From positions 1 to 64,000 of the IMG/VR virus record IMGVR_UViG_3300021185_001145: a stretch of DNA of 64,000 bases; one strand, given 5' to 3'. This document shows positions 1 through 8,727 of this stretch, piece by piece (position 1 is the stretch's first letter; the number at the start of each line of letters is the position of its first letter). This DNA comes from a virus. The notes below the pieces were generated by a model, which made no database searches, had not been told where the DNA came from, and saw only the letters and a program-made list of their open reading frames with translations. A program made the translations under genes and the position numbers.

Positions 1-847
1 CAGGACCAGCAATACCATCTGCGGTTAGACCGTTTGCGGCTTGCCATGCTTTCAAGGCACGTTCTGTACCTGGACCAAAATCACCATCAGCACCGACACC
101 CAATGCTTCTTGCATCAGTTTCACACCGTCACCTTTAGCGCCTTTGCGTAGTACGCCGATATCATCTAGGATGTCCTGAATGTCATCATCGTCTGCCGCC
201 AAGTCTTCTGCGTCCATACCTAACACTTTCAATGCATTAGTATAACGCTTCTTGCGGTCGTCTAGTCCAATCGAACCGCCGTTAATTTTCTTTGTCATGC
301 GTTTAACGTCATCACCATCTGCAATATCGTTTAGATTGTTTGCATCCCAAAACCAACATGCACTTTCAATAGCACCTGCTGGAGTTGCAACATATTCTGC
401 CGCTTCTTCTGCACTCATACCTACAGACTTACCGAACCGTGTATAGTTATCACGACCAGTAAGTTGCTTCAGACCACGACCACGAAAACGCCAACCATCA
501 CCTTCTTGTGTGTTGCCCATTTTGTATTTACGATATGTATCATTGTAAACACGGTTCGCAATCATTTCTGGATTTCGTGCATATTCATCTGCATCTGCTT
601 TTGGCGCACTGCCAAAATAACGTCCAAAGACTGAACGCAATGCTTTTGAGGAATAGTTTAGATTTTCTTCTAGGCGTTTGAAGCCTGCACTTTCATGGGC
701 GCACTGACTAAGAAAGTGTGCTACCCTGCGCTCTGTTGTAATCCCATACTTGGGTAACAGTTCGCATAACGCATCATACCAGTTGTCTGGGTTGTCAGAG
801 ATAATTTCTCCAAGATGCTCTTTTGTAAAATCGAATTCAAAACTCAT
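1..847 (-). CDS. Endolysin: GH19 (chitinase/lysozyme-like) domain plus C-terminal peptidoglycan-binding domain; truncated at the window edge
   Basis: Not in the ORF track; translated by hand from ATG at 847: MSFEFDFTKEHL...FLSQCAHESAGFKRLEENLNYS...FRGRGLKQLTGRDNY...SACWFW...TKKINGG (GH19 motifs), then LRKGAKGDGVKLMQEALGVGADGDFGPGTERALKAWQAANGLTADGIAGP (PG_binding_1-like). Confidence 0.9.
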   Translation of the reverse strand, partial: MSFEFDFTKEHLGEIISDNPDNWYDALCELLPKYGITTERRVAHFLSQCAHESAGFKRLEENLNYSSKALRSVFGRYFGSAPKADADEYARNPEMIANRVYNDTYRKYKMGNTQEGDGWRFRGRGLKQLTGRDNYTRFGKSVGMSAEEAAEYVATPAGAIESACWFWDANNLNDIADGDDVKRMTKKINGGSIGLDDRKKRYTNALKVLGMDAEDLAADDDDIQDILDDIGVLRKGAKGDGVKLMQEALGVGADGDFGPGTERALKAWQAANGLTADGIAGP

Positions 848-875
848 TTGGTCTTGCCCTTTTTGCTAAAGTGAA

Positions 876-901
876 GAAAGGGCAGTAACAACCACCCTTT
901 C
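876..901 (-). terminator. Hairpin or intrinsic terminator after hsp20
   Basis: Minus strand GAAAGGGTGGT-TGTT-ACTGCCCTTTC followed by TTCACTTT, ~10 nt after the hsp20 stop. Confidence 0.6.
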
Positions 902-911
902 TATTATCATG

Positions 912-1328
912 TTAATTCAAAGAAATCTTTTTAGGCTTCTGCTCCTCTGGAACAAATTCCTCAAGCAGAATACAAAGCATGCCGTCAGTAAGTTCTGCAC
1001 TTTTGACTTCTACATTGTCTGCGATTTTGAATTTATGATTGAACCCTCGTTTAGCAATTCCACGATGAATCCACTGAACCTTGTCAACATCATCTTCAAG
1101 AGGATTACCTGGTTGACCAGATACCTCAAGAGTGTTCTTAACAAGTTCAACGTCAATATCAGATTTACTAAAGCCTGCGACAGCCATTTCAATTAAGTAT
1201 TGATTGCCTGTTCGACTAACGTTATAGGGTGGGTATGTTACTTTTTTGGTTCCTTGCTGAATTCGTGTAATGTCATCAAACAGGGTTCCGATACCGTCCG
1301 CAAAGAACGGGTCTAATAGTCTTGTCAT
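912..1328 (-). CDS. hsp20: Small heat-shock protein (Hsp20/IbpA family)
   Basis: YPPYNV...YLIEMAVAGF...HRGIAKRGF...AELTDGMLCI...PEEQKPKKI, typical of IbpA-like proteins; GGAG SD upstream. Confidence 0.95.
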   Translation of the reverse strand: MTRLLDPFFADGIGTLFDDITRIQQGTKKVTYPPYNVSRTGNQYLIEMAVAGFSKSDIDVELVKNTLEVSGQPGNPLEDDVDKVQWIHRGIAKRGFNHKFKIADNVEVKSAELTDGMLCILLEEFVPEEQKPKKISLN

Positions 1329-1389
1329 TTTTTTCTCCTTTTAATAAAAAGCAAGATTGTTAATTGTGTACCCTTACGGCGTACAACTT

Positions 1390-1397
1390 TATTTATA
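1390..1397 (-). promoter_or_regulatory. T4-type late promoter upstream of hsp20
   Basis: TATAAATA overlapping the dUTPase stop codon. Confidence 0.7.
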
Positions 1398-1911
1398 CAC
1401 CAGTTGACCCAAAACCACCATCTCGGTCAGTTTTTTGTGCTGGTGCATTTTGCAAAGGCATGATTGCAAAGTTTGGTTGATACAACAGTTCTGCTTGGCA
1501 GACACGTTCACCATTTTCAATACTCACCTGTACATCAGAGATATTTGTAATCATGGCAAACACTGGGTCAACGTAATCTTCATCAATTACACCTTCAGCA
1601 TTCGCAAGGACAAGTCCTCGCTTCAGCGATAAACCAGACCGTGCATGTAAGCGTACACTACACTGATTTGGAATATCGAAGATTAGTCCTGTCGGTACTA
1701 GATATCTAGCACCAGGAAAGATTGTCAGTTTTCCGTTCTCAGGAAACACTGACATTTTAATATTGGTTGCAGTATGGCATTTGACTTCTGTATCGGCAGG
1801 AATATAAGCATGTAAATCGAAACATGCACTGCCCGATGTTGCAACTACGGGGTCTAAAACATCATCATTCATTTTATAGTAGCCAAGCGGCTGTGGCACA
1901 GTCAATTGCAT
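1393..1911 (-). CDS. dut: Trimeric dUTPase
   Basis: Motifs ACFDL, RSGL, GVIDEDY, GERVCQ and C-terminal RDGGFGSTG. Confidence 0.95.
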   Translation of the reverse strand: MQLTVPQPLGYYKMNDDVLDPVVATSGSACFDLHAYIPADTEVKCHTATNIKMSVFPENGKLTIFPGARYLVPTGLIFDIPNQCSVRLHARSGLSLKRGLVLANAEGVIDEDYVDPVFAMITNISDVQVSIENGERVCQAELLYQPNFAIMPLQNAPAQKTDRDGGFGSTGV

Positions 1912-1914
1912 AAT

Positions 1915-2319
1915 TTAAGATACCTTCTTTTTTCCAATATTATATTTTGCGACTAGTTCCCATTCGTTTCTGTCTTTATGGGGAAGAATTTTTATTTGTG
2001 ATAGGGGTGCAATAGGTTCTGCAATTTTCTCATCTTCAACAACAGAAATCAATTTCCATTCGACAAGAAGGTTTACAATCGTATTGCGTCTTGCAATATC
2101 GCCTTCTGCAAAATTACTAGGCTTGCCATCTAGTCCAAACAATTCTTTGAAGTGTACGATATAGTATCGACCCTTCTTATGTAAGATATGACAAGACTGA
2201 TATAGTTTCTTGTCTTTCCTAGATGCAACACCAATCCTTGTTAGCGTTTCTCGCACTTTGAGAAAGTCATCTTCTTTCTCCAACTTCACCTCAATTAGGT
2301 CTTCAACTGCTACGTTCAT
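1915..2319 (-). CDS. regA: RegA translational repressor
   Basis: DDFLKVRETLTRIGVA...LYQSCHILHKKGRYYIVHFKELF; located after gp62. Confidence 0.97.
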   Translation of the reverse strand: MNVAVEDLIEVKLEKEDDFLKVRETLTRIGVASRKDKKLYQSCHILHKKGRYYIVHFKELFGLDGKPSNFAEGDIARRNTIVNLLVEWKLISVVEDEKIAEPIAPLSQIKILPHKDRNEWELVAKYNIGKKKVS

Positions 2320-2711
2320 TTCATCAATCCACCTTTACTTAATTTATTCTTAATTTCATTAATATGTTCATTAGTTAGAATTTTCGCCGCTTCTTCAGCC
2401 TTTGCACGACTATAACCGTAGAACTCCTGTATCATAGACAACTCATCGTTTTTCTCTGGTTTAATCCATTTAGAAAAACGTTTACGCTTTCTAATAGTAT
2501 TTAGCAGGAATTCATATTGTAGAATTTTATCTGCACCAGAACGAAAGTTCATCTCATTCGCCATACCGATAGTATCTTCAAAGTAAGACAGTGAACGATT
2601 AGTCAGAAATGGTTCATAACCTTTTTCTGCAAGTTCATCATTCTCTGTATTTCTCATCATATTGGTCTTTGTGACATTGATACTATTCACATAATCAAAC
2701 GGACTACTCAT
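2316..2711 (-). CDS. gp62: Clamp loader small subunit
   Basis: PFDYVNSIN...YEPFLTNRSLS...RKRKRFSKW; synteny gp45-gp44-gp62-regA. Confidence 0.92.
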   Translation of the reverse strand: MSSPFDYVNSINVTKTNMMRNTENDELAEKGYEPFLTNRSLSYFEDTIGMANEMNFRSGADKILQYEFLLNTIRKRKRFSKWIKPEKNDELSMIQEFYGYSRAKAEEAAKILTNEHINEIKNKLSKGGLMK

Positions 2712-2722
2712 TATATATGCTC

Positions 2723-3661
2723 CTAGTTAAACTCACATTCAACCATGATTTCGGTTAGACATGCTACAAGATTAATTTCTTGGTCAGAAACAAAAGCAGA
2801 TTTGTATTGATAATCTGCAAGGGTTACGACCAACTGTGGGATTGAACGTGATGCAACATGCGTTGATGCACCATCATACAGTTTACGAAACAATTGGGCA
2901 GGGTCATTGTCAAGGTTCAATGCTACCCATTTGCGGACCTCTTTGAAGTTTTTAGATTTCAAATCACGCACAAGGTCTTTGAAGTTTGCATCACTCGATA
3001 CCTGCAAGATACCTTCGTCAATAGTACCACTTGCACCATAACGCTGTAATTCATTTAGAATACGGCGATTGTCTGGGAAGTGTCGATTGATTAGTTCAGC
3101 AACAACCTTTTCGTTTGCTTGCACCTCTTCTGTTTGAAGAACATTCAAAACACGCTTGAAGAATTGACCTGCTAGTTTAGGTTTCTCTGCATTACCGATT
3201 TTAAAATCAATAACAGAACACCGACTATGCAAGGGTGCAATGATACGGTTCTTGAAGTTGCAGGTGAGAATGAAAGAACAGTTCTTTGAGAACTCTTCAA
3301 TAAACCCACGCAATGCAGGTTGAGTAGACTGTGGATTGAGATAGTCTGCCTCATCAAGAATTACGACTTTACGATTACCGCCAAGCGAGACAGTAGAAGC
3401 AAAGTTTTTGATATCGTTGCGGAGTGTATCAATACCACCATTCATAGAACCGTTGATAACGATATAATCCGCACCGATTTGTTCACACAAAGCACGGGCA
3501 ACTGTAGTCTTACCTGTACCTTGTGTGCCTGACAATAGAAGGTTTGGTAACTCTTCATTGTCAACAAACTCCTGAAAAGTCTTCTTCAGACCAGCAGGAA
3601 GAATAGTATCTTCAATTTTATTTGGGCGATACTTTTCAACCCAAAGAAATTCATCACGCAT
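2723..3661 (-). CDS. gp44: Clamp loader AAA+ subunit
   Basis: LWVEKYRP, Walker A GTQGTGKTT, Walker B ILDEAD, SRC motif. Confidence 0.97.
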   Translation of the reverse strand: MRDEFLWVEKYRPNKIEDTILPAGLKKTFQEFVDNEELPNLLLSGTQGTGKTTVARALCEQIGADYIVINGSMNGGIDTLRNDIKNFASTVSLGGNRKVVILDEADYLNPQSTQPALRGFIEEFSKNCSFILTCNFKNRIIAPLHSRCSVIDFKIGNAEKPKLAGQFFKRVLNVLQTEEVQANEKVVAELINRHFPDNRRILNELQRYGASGTIDEGILQVSSDANFKDLVRDLKSKNFKEVRKWVALNLDNDPAQLFRKLYDGASTHVASRSIPQLVVTLADYQYKSAFVSDQEINLVACLTEIMVECEFN

Positions 3662-3690
3662 ATTTCACCTCATAATATAGATAATTTAAT

Positions 3691-4356
3691 TTAAGCAACG
3701 TAGGTTGAAGCAGATTCCGTAGTGATAAAGTAAGTGACTTTACTACCAGTCCATCGGCTGATACCCTTTGAGGTGATTTCAACTTGATAGTCACCAGAAA
3801 TCATTTTCAGATTTTCTGTTCGGAATATCATGTTGAAAGTACCAGTTGCCTCAGCATCAACCTCAACATCAAACGTATTCGAAGTAGAGTTTTTACTGTC
3901 ATAGGCTGTCAATGTAATGTTACCACCATTACCGACAACAGCAACTTCTGGCGCTTGCAGAATAGATGCCGCTCTTAGAACCTCAGCAATTTGTGCTTGA
4001 GATACTTTGAAAGAAATTTCTGCACTCTCTAATAGAGGTGAAAGGTCTTTATCTGGAGGTGTGACAATCATTGTTTTGTCGGTGTAATAGTATGTTGATT
4101 TGTTCTTACCTGAAGAAACAACAACAGAGTTTTCACCAAACTCAAAATCTGGGTTTTCAAACAACGAGATTGTTGCAATAAATTGGTTCAAGTCATAAAT
4201 TGCAAATGGAGTATCAAAGGATTCTGAGACATTTGCTTCTGCCAGAATATTCTTTTGACTGCTCACAGTTCGTAGCGTATCACCATCAACGGCAATGCCA
4301 GTATTGATAGTAGAAAAGTTCTTCAATACGCTCAAGGTATCATTACTAATTTTCAT
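3691..4356 (-). CDS. gp45: Sliding clamp
   Basis: MKISNDTLSVLKNFSTIN...FAIYDLNQF...ENLKMISGDY; synteny. Confidence 0.95.
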   Translation of the reverse strand: MKISNDTLSVLKNFSTINTGIAVDGDTLRTVSSQKNILAEANVSESFDTPFAIYDLNQFIATISLFENPDFEFGENSVVVSSGKNKSTYYYTDKTMIVTPPDKDLSPLLESAEISFKVSQAQIAEVLRAASILQAPEVAVVGNGGNITLTAYDSKNSTSNTFDVEVDAEATGTFNMIFRTENLKMISGDYQVEITSKGISRWTGSKVTYFITTESASTYVA

Positions 4357-4787
4357 TCGGTTTCTCCATTTAATATATTATCAGCATTTGCTAGTGTCAT
4401 ATGTATCCACTTAGCACATTCTTTTGCGGTCATTGCATGTTCATCAACAGCAGGCATTCTATCATCTTGACCAATACCTCTAATCACAGATGCACTAAGC
4501 ATCATTGCAGAGGACATAATCAAGGCAACATGGGGTAGACCACTACCACCTTCGCCGTCATCGTAATTACGACCACGTTCGAAATCTTCAATATGTCTTT
4601 TCAGACTGTCAATCATTTGCTGGTAGGGCAGACCCTTTTCCCAGTTTCGATTATCGTATTTGTTTGCACCATATTCAAGTGCCGCGGCACCAGCCGCTAA
4701 CGCCTCTAAAGGCAACTGTCGAAAGTAAGGAACACCAATCGCTTCTCGCATTGCGCCAGTCTCTGATGTTTTCCAATTTTTTGTCAT
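4353..4787 (-). CDS. dATP/dGTP diphosphohydrolase-like protein (DUF5664 family)
   Basis: ETGAMRE...ALEYGANKYDNRNWEKGLPY...DSLKRHI...D..SGLPHVA matches the GAxKYxxxNWxKG...SxxRH...SGLPH pattern of this family. Confidence 0.75.
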   Translation of the reverse strand: MTKNWKTSETGAMREAIGVPYFRQLPLEALAAGAAALEYGANKYDNRNWEKGLPYQQMIDSLKRHIEDFERGRNYDDGEGGSGLPHVALIMSSAMMLSASVIRGIGQDDRMPAVDEHAMTAKECAKWIHMTLANADNILNGETE

Positions 4788-4811
4788 CTCATCTCCTTAA
4801 ATAATATAGCC

Positions 4812-4840
4812 ATAATAACAGGTAAAGGGAGGAATGTCAA
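4812..4840 (-). promoter_or_regulatory. Sigma70-type early promoter for the diphosphohydrolase-gp45-44-62-regA operon
   Basis: TTGACA-17 nt-TATTAT with extended TGn; the -35 lies inside an imperfect inverted repeat (~4825-4856). Confidence 0.8.
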
Positions 4841-4871
4841 GTGACAAACCCCCCTTGCGCCGCCCTCCGAA

Positions 4872-6047
4872 TTAGAATGGTGCATAATCGTCTTTTGTTT
4901 CAGGCGCAGTCTCGCCTTCTTCGGTTGTTGAAACAATCGCCTCAGCATCTACTTTGGTGTAGAGGTCTAGGAATGAAGTTTTGGTTTCTTCATCAAAGCG
5001 GTTCACACAAAGTTCAATTGCTTTCATCTTCTCACCGAAGATAGCGTAGGCTTGGGCAATGTGAACCAGACGGCGAGTGGCGATAATCTCATCAACACCA
5101 CCTTCGTAAAATGTTTTACGAATGATATCTGCCCAGTCAACCAACTTGCCGATGAACCCGTCATCTTCAATCTTCAGAGACTTGAACACTTTGCCGAGAA
5201 TTTTTTTCTCAACTGAGGTGCTTGCATACTCTTGCTCAACAGTAATTGGGAAACGCTCAAGGAACGCTTCATCAAGGATTTGAGCGGCGATGAAACGACC
5301 GTCATCAGAACCTTTACCTTTAGTGTTAGCAGTGGCAACAACGTTGAAACCAGGTGCTGGTTCAACAATCTCACCAGTCTTTTTGTTGATGTAAGGCTTG
5401 CCTTCCATGATTGCTTGAATTGCAAGCAACTTGTTAGAACCACGGTCAATCTCATCAAGAACAAGAACAGCACCACGGCGCATCGCATTCAGAACAGGAC
5501 CTTCACGATAGACAACGTTACCGTTGACTAGTGTATTGCCACCAATCAAATCATCTTCATCAGTCTCAATTGAAACAGACACTTTAATCATCTCACGGTT
5601 TGAAGCCGCACAAGCCTGTTCGACCATGAACGTTTTACCGTTACCAGATAGACCAGTCACCATGACAGGATAGAACATTTTAGAAACAAGAATGTTTTTC
5701 AAATCATTGAAGAACCCGAAAGGCACATAAAGCGCATCTTTGGCAGGGACAAAATTTTCTGAAATAGTCTGGGTCATAGTCACAGGTTTCATCGGGATGA
5801 CTTGAGCAACAGCCATAGCAGGTGCTTCAACAGCAGGCGCTACAGTCTGAGCGGTGATAGCATCAGCGGTAGGCAGACGATACTGACCACGACCAATACG
5901 AAATTCAGGTTTAGTAAAAATAAAGCGTGGGCGCTTGGCACCCATCTCTTCGGCGAGGTCGCAAATTTCTTGCTTGGTCACAACAGGACCAAACTTTGCA
6001 ACAGCGGCTTCAACGAAGGAATTCTGTTCAGTTGTCATTTTCATCAT
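4872..6047 (-). CDS. cobS: MoxR-type AAA+ ATPase (annotated 'CobS' in T4-like phages)
   Basis: Walker A GLSGNGKT, TDEDDLIGG, Walker B VLVLDEID, ATANTKGKG, LDEAFLERF, IATRRLV. Confidence 0.88.
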   Translation of the reverse strand: MMKMTTEQNSFVEAAVAKFGPVVTKQEICDLAEEMGAKRPRFIFTKPEFRIGRGQYRLPTADAITAQTVAPAVEAPAMAVAQVIPMKPVTMTQTISENFVPAKDALYVPFGFFNDLKNILVSKMFYPVMVTGLSGNGKTFMVEQACAASNREMIKVSVSIETDEDDLIGGNTLVNGNVVYREGPVLNAMRRGAVLVLDEIDRGSNKLLAIQAIMEGKPYINKKTGEIVEPAPGFNVVATANTKGKGSDDGRFIAAQILDEAFLERFPITVEQEYASTSVEKKILGKVFKSLKIEDDGFIGKLVDWADIIRKTFYEGGVDEIIATRRLVHIAQAYAIFGEKMKAIELCVNRFDEETKTSFLDLYTKVDAEAIVSTTEEGETAPETKDDYAPF

Positions 6048-6109
6048 AATATAGCCTCATTAGAGTTTTCACAAATCGGGGAGAACACTTTCGCCCCATC
6101 AACATATAC

Positions 6110-6138
6110 ATTATAGGTGGTTTTGCCTAGAATGTCAA
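6110..6138 (-). promoter_or_regulatory. Consensus sigma70 early promoter for cobS
   Basis: Perfect TTGACA-17-TATAAT. Confidence 0.9.
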
Positions 6139-6186
6139 GGATTATTTTGGTTTATTTTGGTTTATTTCGTGGTTTTTTTGGTTTAT
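6139..6186 (-). repeat. ~10-bp phased A-tract repeats (CCAAAATAAA-like), probable UP element
   Basis: AAATAAACCAAAATAAACCAAAATAATCC directly upstream of TTGACA; the same motif occurs at 8608-8625, 8696-8728 and 53956-53977. Confidence 0.75.
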
Positions 6187-6309
6187 GTGAGAAGTGACTA
6201 TATCAAGCATCATTTTTGTCGCTTCGATTTGGTCTCGATTGCCATTTCTCACAGCCATCATATAGTTTTCTTGCGCCATTTTGATATCATTATCAGTAAC
6301 ATCAATCAC
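6142..6309 (-). CDS. Small hypothetical protein (55 aa), not in the ORF track
   Basis: GTG start overlaps the cobT TGA stop (GTGA) with GGAG upstream; MIDVTDNDIKMAQENYMMAVRNGNRDQIEATKMMLDIVTSHINQKNHEINQNKPK*. Confidence 0.55.
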   Translation of the reverse strand: MIDVTDNDIKMAQENYMMAVRNGNRDQIEATKMMLDIVTSHINQKNHEINQNKPK

Positions 6310-8546
6310 GCCGCAATCTCCATCAGACGGTTTAGCAATACACGGTTTGCTGTTTTGCTCTTAGAGTTTTTCATAAACGCTGTTTTCAATCGTGCTTTTG
6401 AAGCACCAGCATCAACATCTAACCCAGTGTCAGTGGTTGTCATATCATCACCACCAGGGATTAAGAAGTATGACTGGTAGCCAGCATTGTTCACTTCAAG
6501 GAACTTTTTAGAACGAATGCTTTTCACAACGTCTTGGTCGTAAATGCCGTAACGTGCCGCTTGACCACGAATTTCACGAGGACGATTGTCCATGATGAAG
6601 AACCCGATAGTGTTGACACTGTGGCGGTCGCCAATCATTTCGATTAGTGTATTAGTAACTGAGCGATTTTTCACAGTGTATTGTTGCTTGGTCACAGTAT
6701 CTTGGATGACAGTTGTTTTGCGGTAGCCACCGACATAAACACCAGTTTCACGTTTTTCAGTATCACCATCATACTGAACAACTGCATTACATGCGTGGCT
6801 TTCACCGTCAGTCAGGACAACCAAGTTCGCAACTTGAACACGGGTGCGCTCACGGAACTTTTTGATAACATCAGGCATCAGGGTCAATGCATCATCAAGC
6901 GGAGTGCCGCCCAATTGCAAGGCTTGTGGAATATCAAAACGATAGTAACGACCGTTTGCGAGACATTCACGCATTGCCAACATACCCTTACATGCATCAT
7001 TGAATTCTGTCAATTTCATTTCACTGTTGAACAGTGTCATTAAAGACACCTGACGGTCAGAAGGAATTAAAGTACCCACTGGCTGAGACAGCAAATAATC
7101 TTTTTTGATTTTCTGTTTGGCACGGATTTCAAGGCGCTTCATCTCATTACCATCACGATAATAAGTATCCGCAGAGTAGTGGTCAGAGAAAGCATAAACT
7201 TCAAAAGGGATTTTTACTTTCTTGCAGAACATTACAAGGTTCAACAACTGGTCGATAGTCGCCGCCATGTTGCCAGCCATAGAACCAGACCAATCAAGTA
7301 ACATACTGAAACCGTGGTTCTTACCGCCAGTGACAGTAGTAACACGCTTAAACAGGTCATCATTATACTTGTATGAATAGATTTTTGACATATCAAGTTG
7401 ACCAGTTTTAGCAGTTGACGCCCGCTTGAATTCATCAGCCTTTTTCTTCAGTTCGAATTCTTTAACCATGTAGTTCACAACCTTCTGGTTGCTTTTACGC
7501 CACTCAGTCCATTTCGCATCAACTTCAGCCTCAACAGCGGCAGAGGTAAACATTTGTTTGTACTGAGAATTGATTTCACTGAAAGGCACGATAAAATCAT
7601 CAGACTTGAGAGTACCAAGAGTAAGATATTCAAACTCTTGACCACCCTGCTTCATCAGAGTACCTTCATTAGAGCGGAACGCCGCATCAGTCTGGCTTTC
7701 GATTAATTCTTCAGGAGACGAAGGCGTATCATCAATTTCTTCATCATCATAATCGTCATAATCATCATCCTCATAGTCACCAGAACCAGAAGTATCAGTA
7801 TCGTCATCGTCACCATCTTCATCAGAAGCAGTGCCTTTGCCACTTTCGAATTGCTCACCTTCTTCATCATTATCATCAGAACCGTCGGTGTCAGTACCTT
7901 CATTGTCTTGGTCATCATCATCAGAATTGTCACCAGAAGCGCCAGAAAGCAATTCTTCTACTTTCTCTTCCATCTCTTGTTCAGCCTGTTCAATTTGCTG
8001 ACCATAGAGGTCTTGAGAAATCTGCATAACATCTTCAAATGTCTCAGCGGCTTCAATCTTCTGAACCCACTCTGCTTCTTCACCTTCGAACTTGAGGTTC
8101 ACAAGAGTACCTAGTTTGAAGTGAAGATTAAGACGGTCAATGAACGCCATTTCAGTAATGTCTTTACCAGCAATACCGAAGAAATCACGCTCAAGTAATT
8201 CAGCGTAACCTTCACGATATGCCTTTGTAAGACCTGGGTATTTTGCTTTGATTTTCTTCTCAATCCGAGCGTCTTCTACAATGTTCACAAAACCTTTGAA
8301 GGCTGGACCACCAGTAGAGACTGCATCATGCCAACCCGCTTCTGGTGTCCAGAGAGCGTGACCGACTTCATGGCTTGTCATCAAATCATAGAGATTGACA
8401 CTCAAACCATCTTTAAGATTGGGAAGGGTGAGAACACGGTTCTTTACGTCAAAAGATGCAGTCGGCACGTTTTGATGCTGAACAGTTAAGTTCTCTGTCG
8501 CCATCAGTTTGGCGAGTTGGGACTTTGTATTTGCTATCTTATTCAT
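6306..8546 (-). CDS. Metallopeptidase-like (HExxH) plus acidic linker plus VWA-domain protein ('CobT'-like partner of the AAA+)
   Basis: HEVGHALWT and NIVEDARIE; Asp/Glu-rich linker; MIDAS LLDWSGSM, GGTPL, LTDGES. Start moved to ATG 8546 because the track start at 8567 sits almost on the predicted +1. Confidence 0.85.
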   Translation of the reverse strand: MNKIANTKSQLAKLMATENLTVQHQNVPTASFDVKNRVLTLPNLKDGLSVNLYDLMTSHEVGHALWTPEAGWHDAVSTGGPAFKGFVNIVEDARIEKKIKAKYPGLTKAYREGYAELLERDFFGIAGKDITEMAFIDRLNLHFKLGTLVNLKFEGEEAEWVQKIEAAETFEDVMQISQDLYGQQIEQAEQEMEEKVEELLSGASGDNSDDDDQDNEGTDTDGSDDNDEEGEQFESGKGTASDEDGDDDDTDTSGSGDYEDDDYDDYDDEEIDDTPSSPEELIESQTDAAFRSNEGTLMKQGGQEFEYLTLGTLKSDDFIVPFSEINSQYKQMFTSAAVEAEVDAKWTEWRKSNQKVVNYMVKEFELKKKADEFKRASTAKTGQLDMSKIYSYKYNDDLFKRVTTVTGGKNHGFSMLLDWSGSMAGNMAATIDQLLNLVMFCKKVKIPFEVYAFSDHYSADTYYRDGNEMKRLEIRAKQKIKKDYLLSQPVGTLIPSDRQVSLMTLFNSEMKLTEFNDACKGMLAMRECLANGRYYRFDIPQALQLGGTPLDDALTLMPDVIKKFRERTRVQVANLVVLTDGESHACNAVVQYDGDTEKRETGVYVGGYRKTTVIQDTVTKQQYTVKNRSVTNTLIEMIGDRHSVNTIGFFIMDNRPREIRGQAARYGIYDQDVVKSIRSKKFLEVNNAGYQSYFLIPGGDDMTTTDTGLDVDAGASKARLKTAFMKNSKSKTANRVLLNRLMEIAA

Positions 8547-8578
8547 AATGTATCTCGCTTTTCTCACTCTATATATGC

Positions 8579-8607
8579 ATTCTACACGGTAGAAGCAGAG
8601 AAGTCAA
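8579..8607 (-). promoter_or_regulatory. Sigma70-type early promoter (proximal) for the VWA gene
   Basis: TTGACT-17-TAGAAT preceded by AAATAACCAAAATAATCC. Confidence 0.8.
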
Positions 8608-8666
8608 GGATTATTTTGGTTATTTCGCAATTAATTTGGAAGCACCAAAACCCCATCAACACTACT

Positions 8667-8695
8667 AATATAGTGCATAATGGGGTCAATGTCAA
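8667..8695 (-). promoter_or_regulatory. Sigma70-type early promoter (distal, tandem) for the VWA gene
   Basis: TTGACA-17-TATATT preceded by CCAAAATAATCCAAAATAAACCAAATTAACCC. Confidence 0.8.
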
Positions 8696-8727
8696 GGGTT
8701 AATTTGGTTTATTTTGGATTATTTTGG

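Noticed and set aside
6139-6186. Short direct repeats as a CRISPR array or iterons
   Set aside because: Units are ~10 bp, have no spacers, and always abut a -35 box, which fits UP elements.
7735-7925. TCA/TCG-rich quasi-tandem repeat (also 21827-21895)
   Set aside because: It simply encodes Asp/Glu-rich linkers of the VWA protein and gp22.
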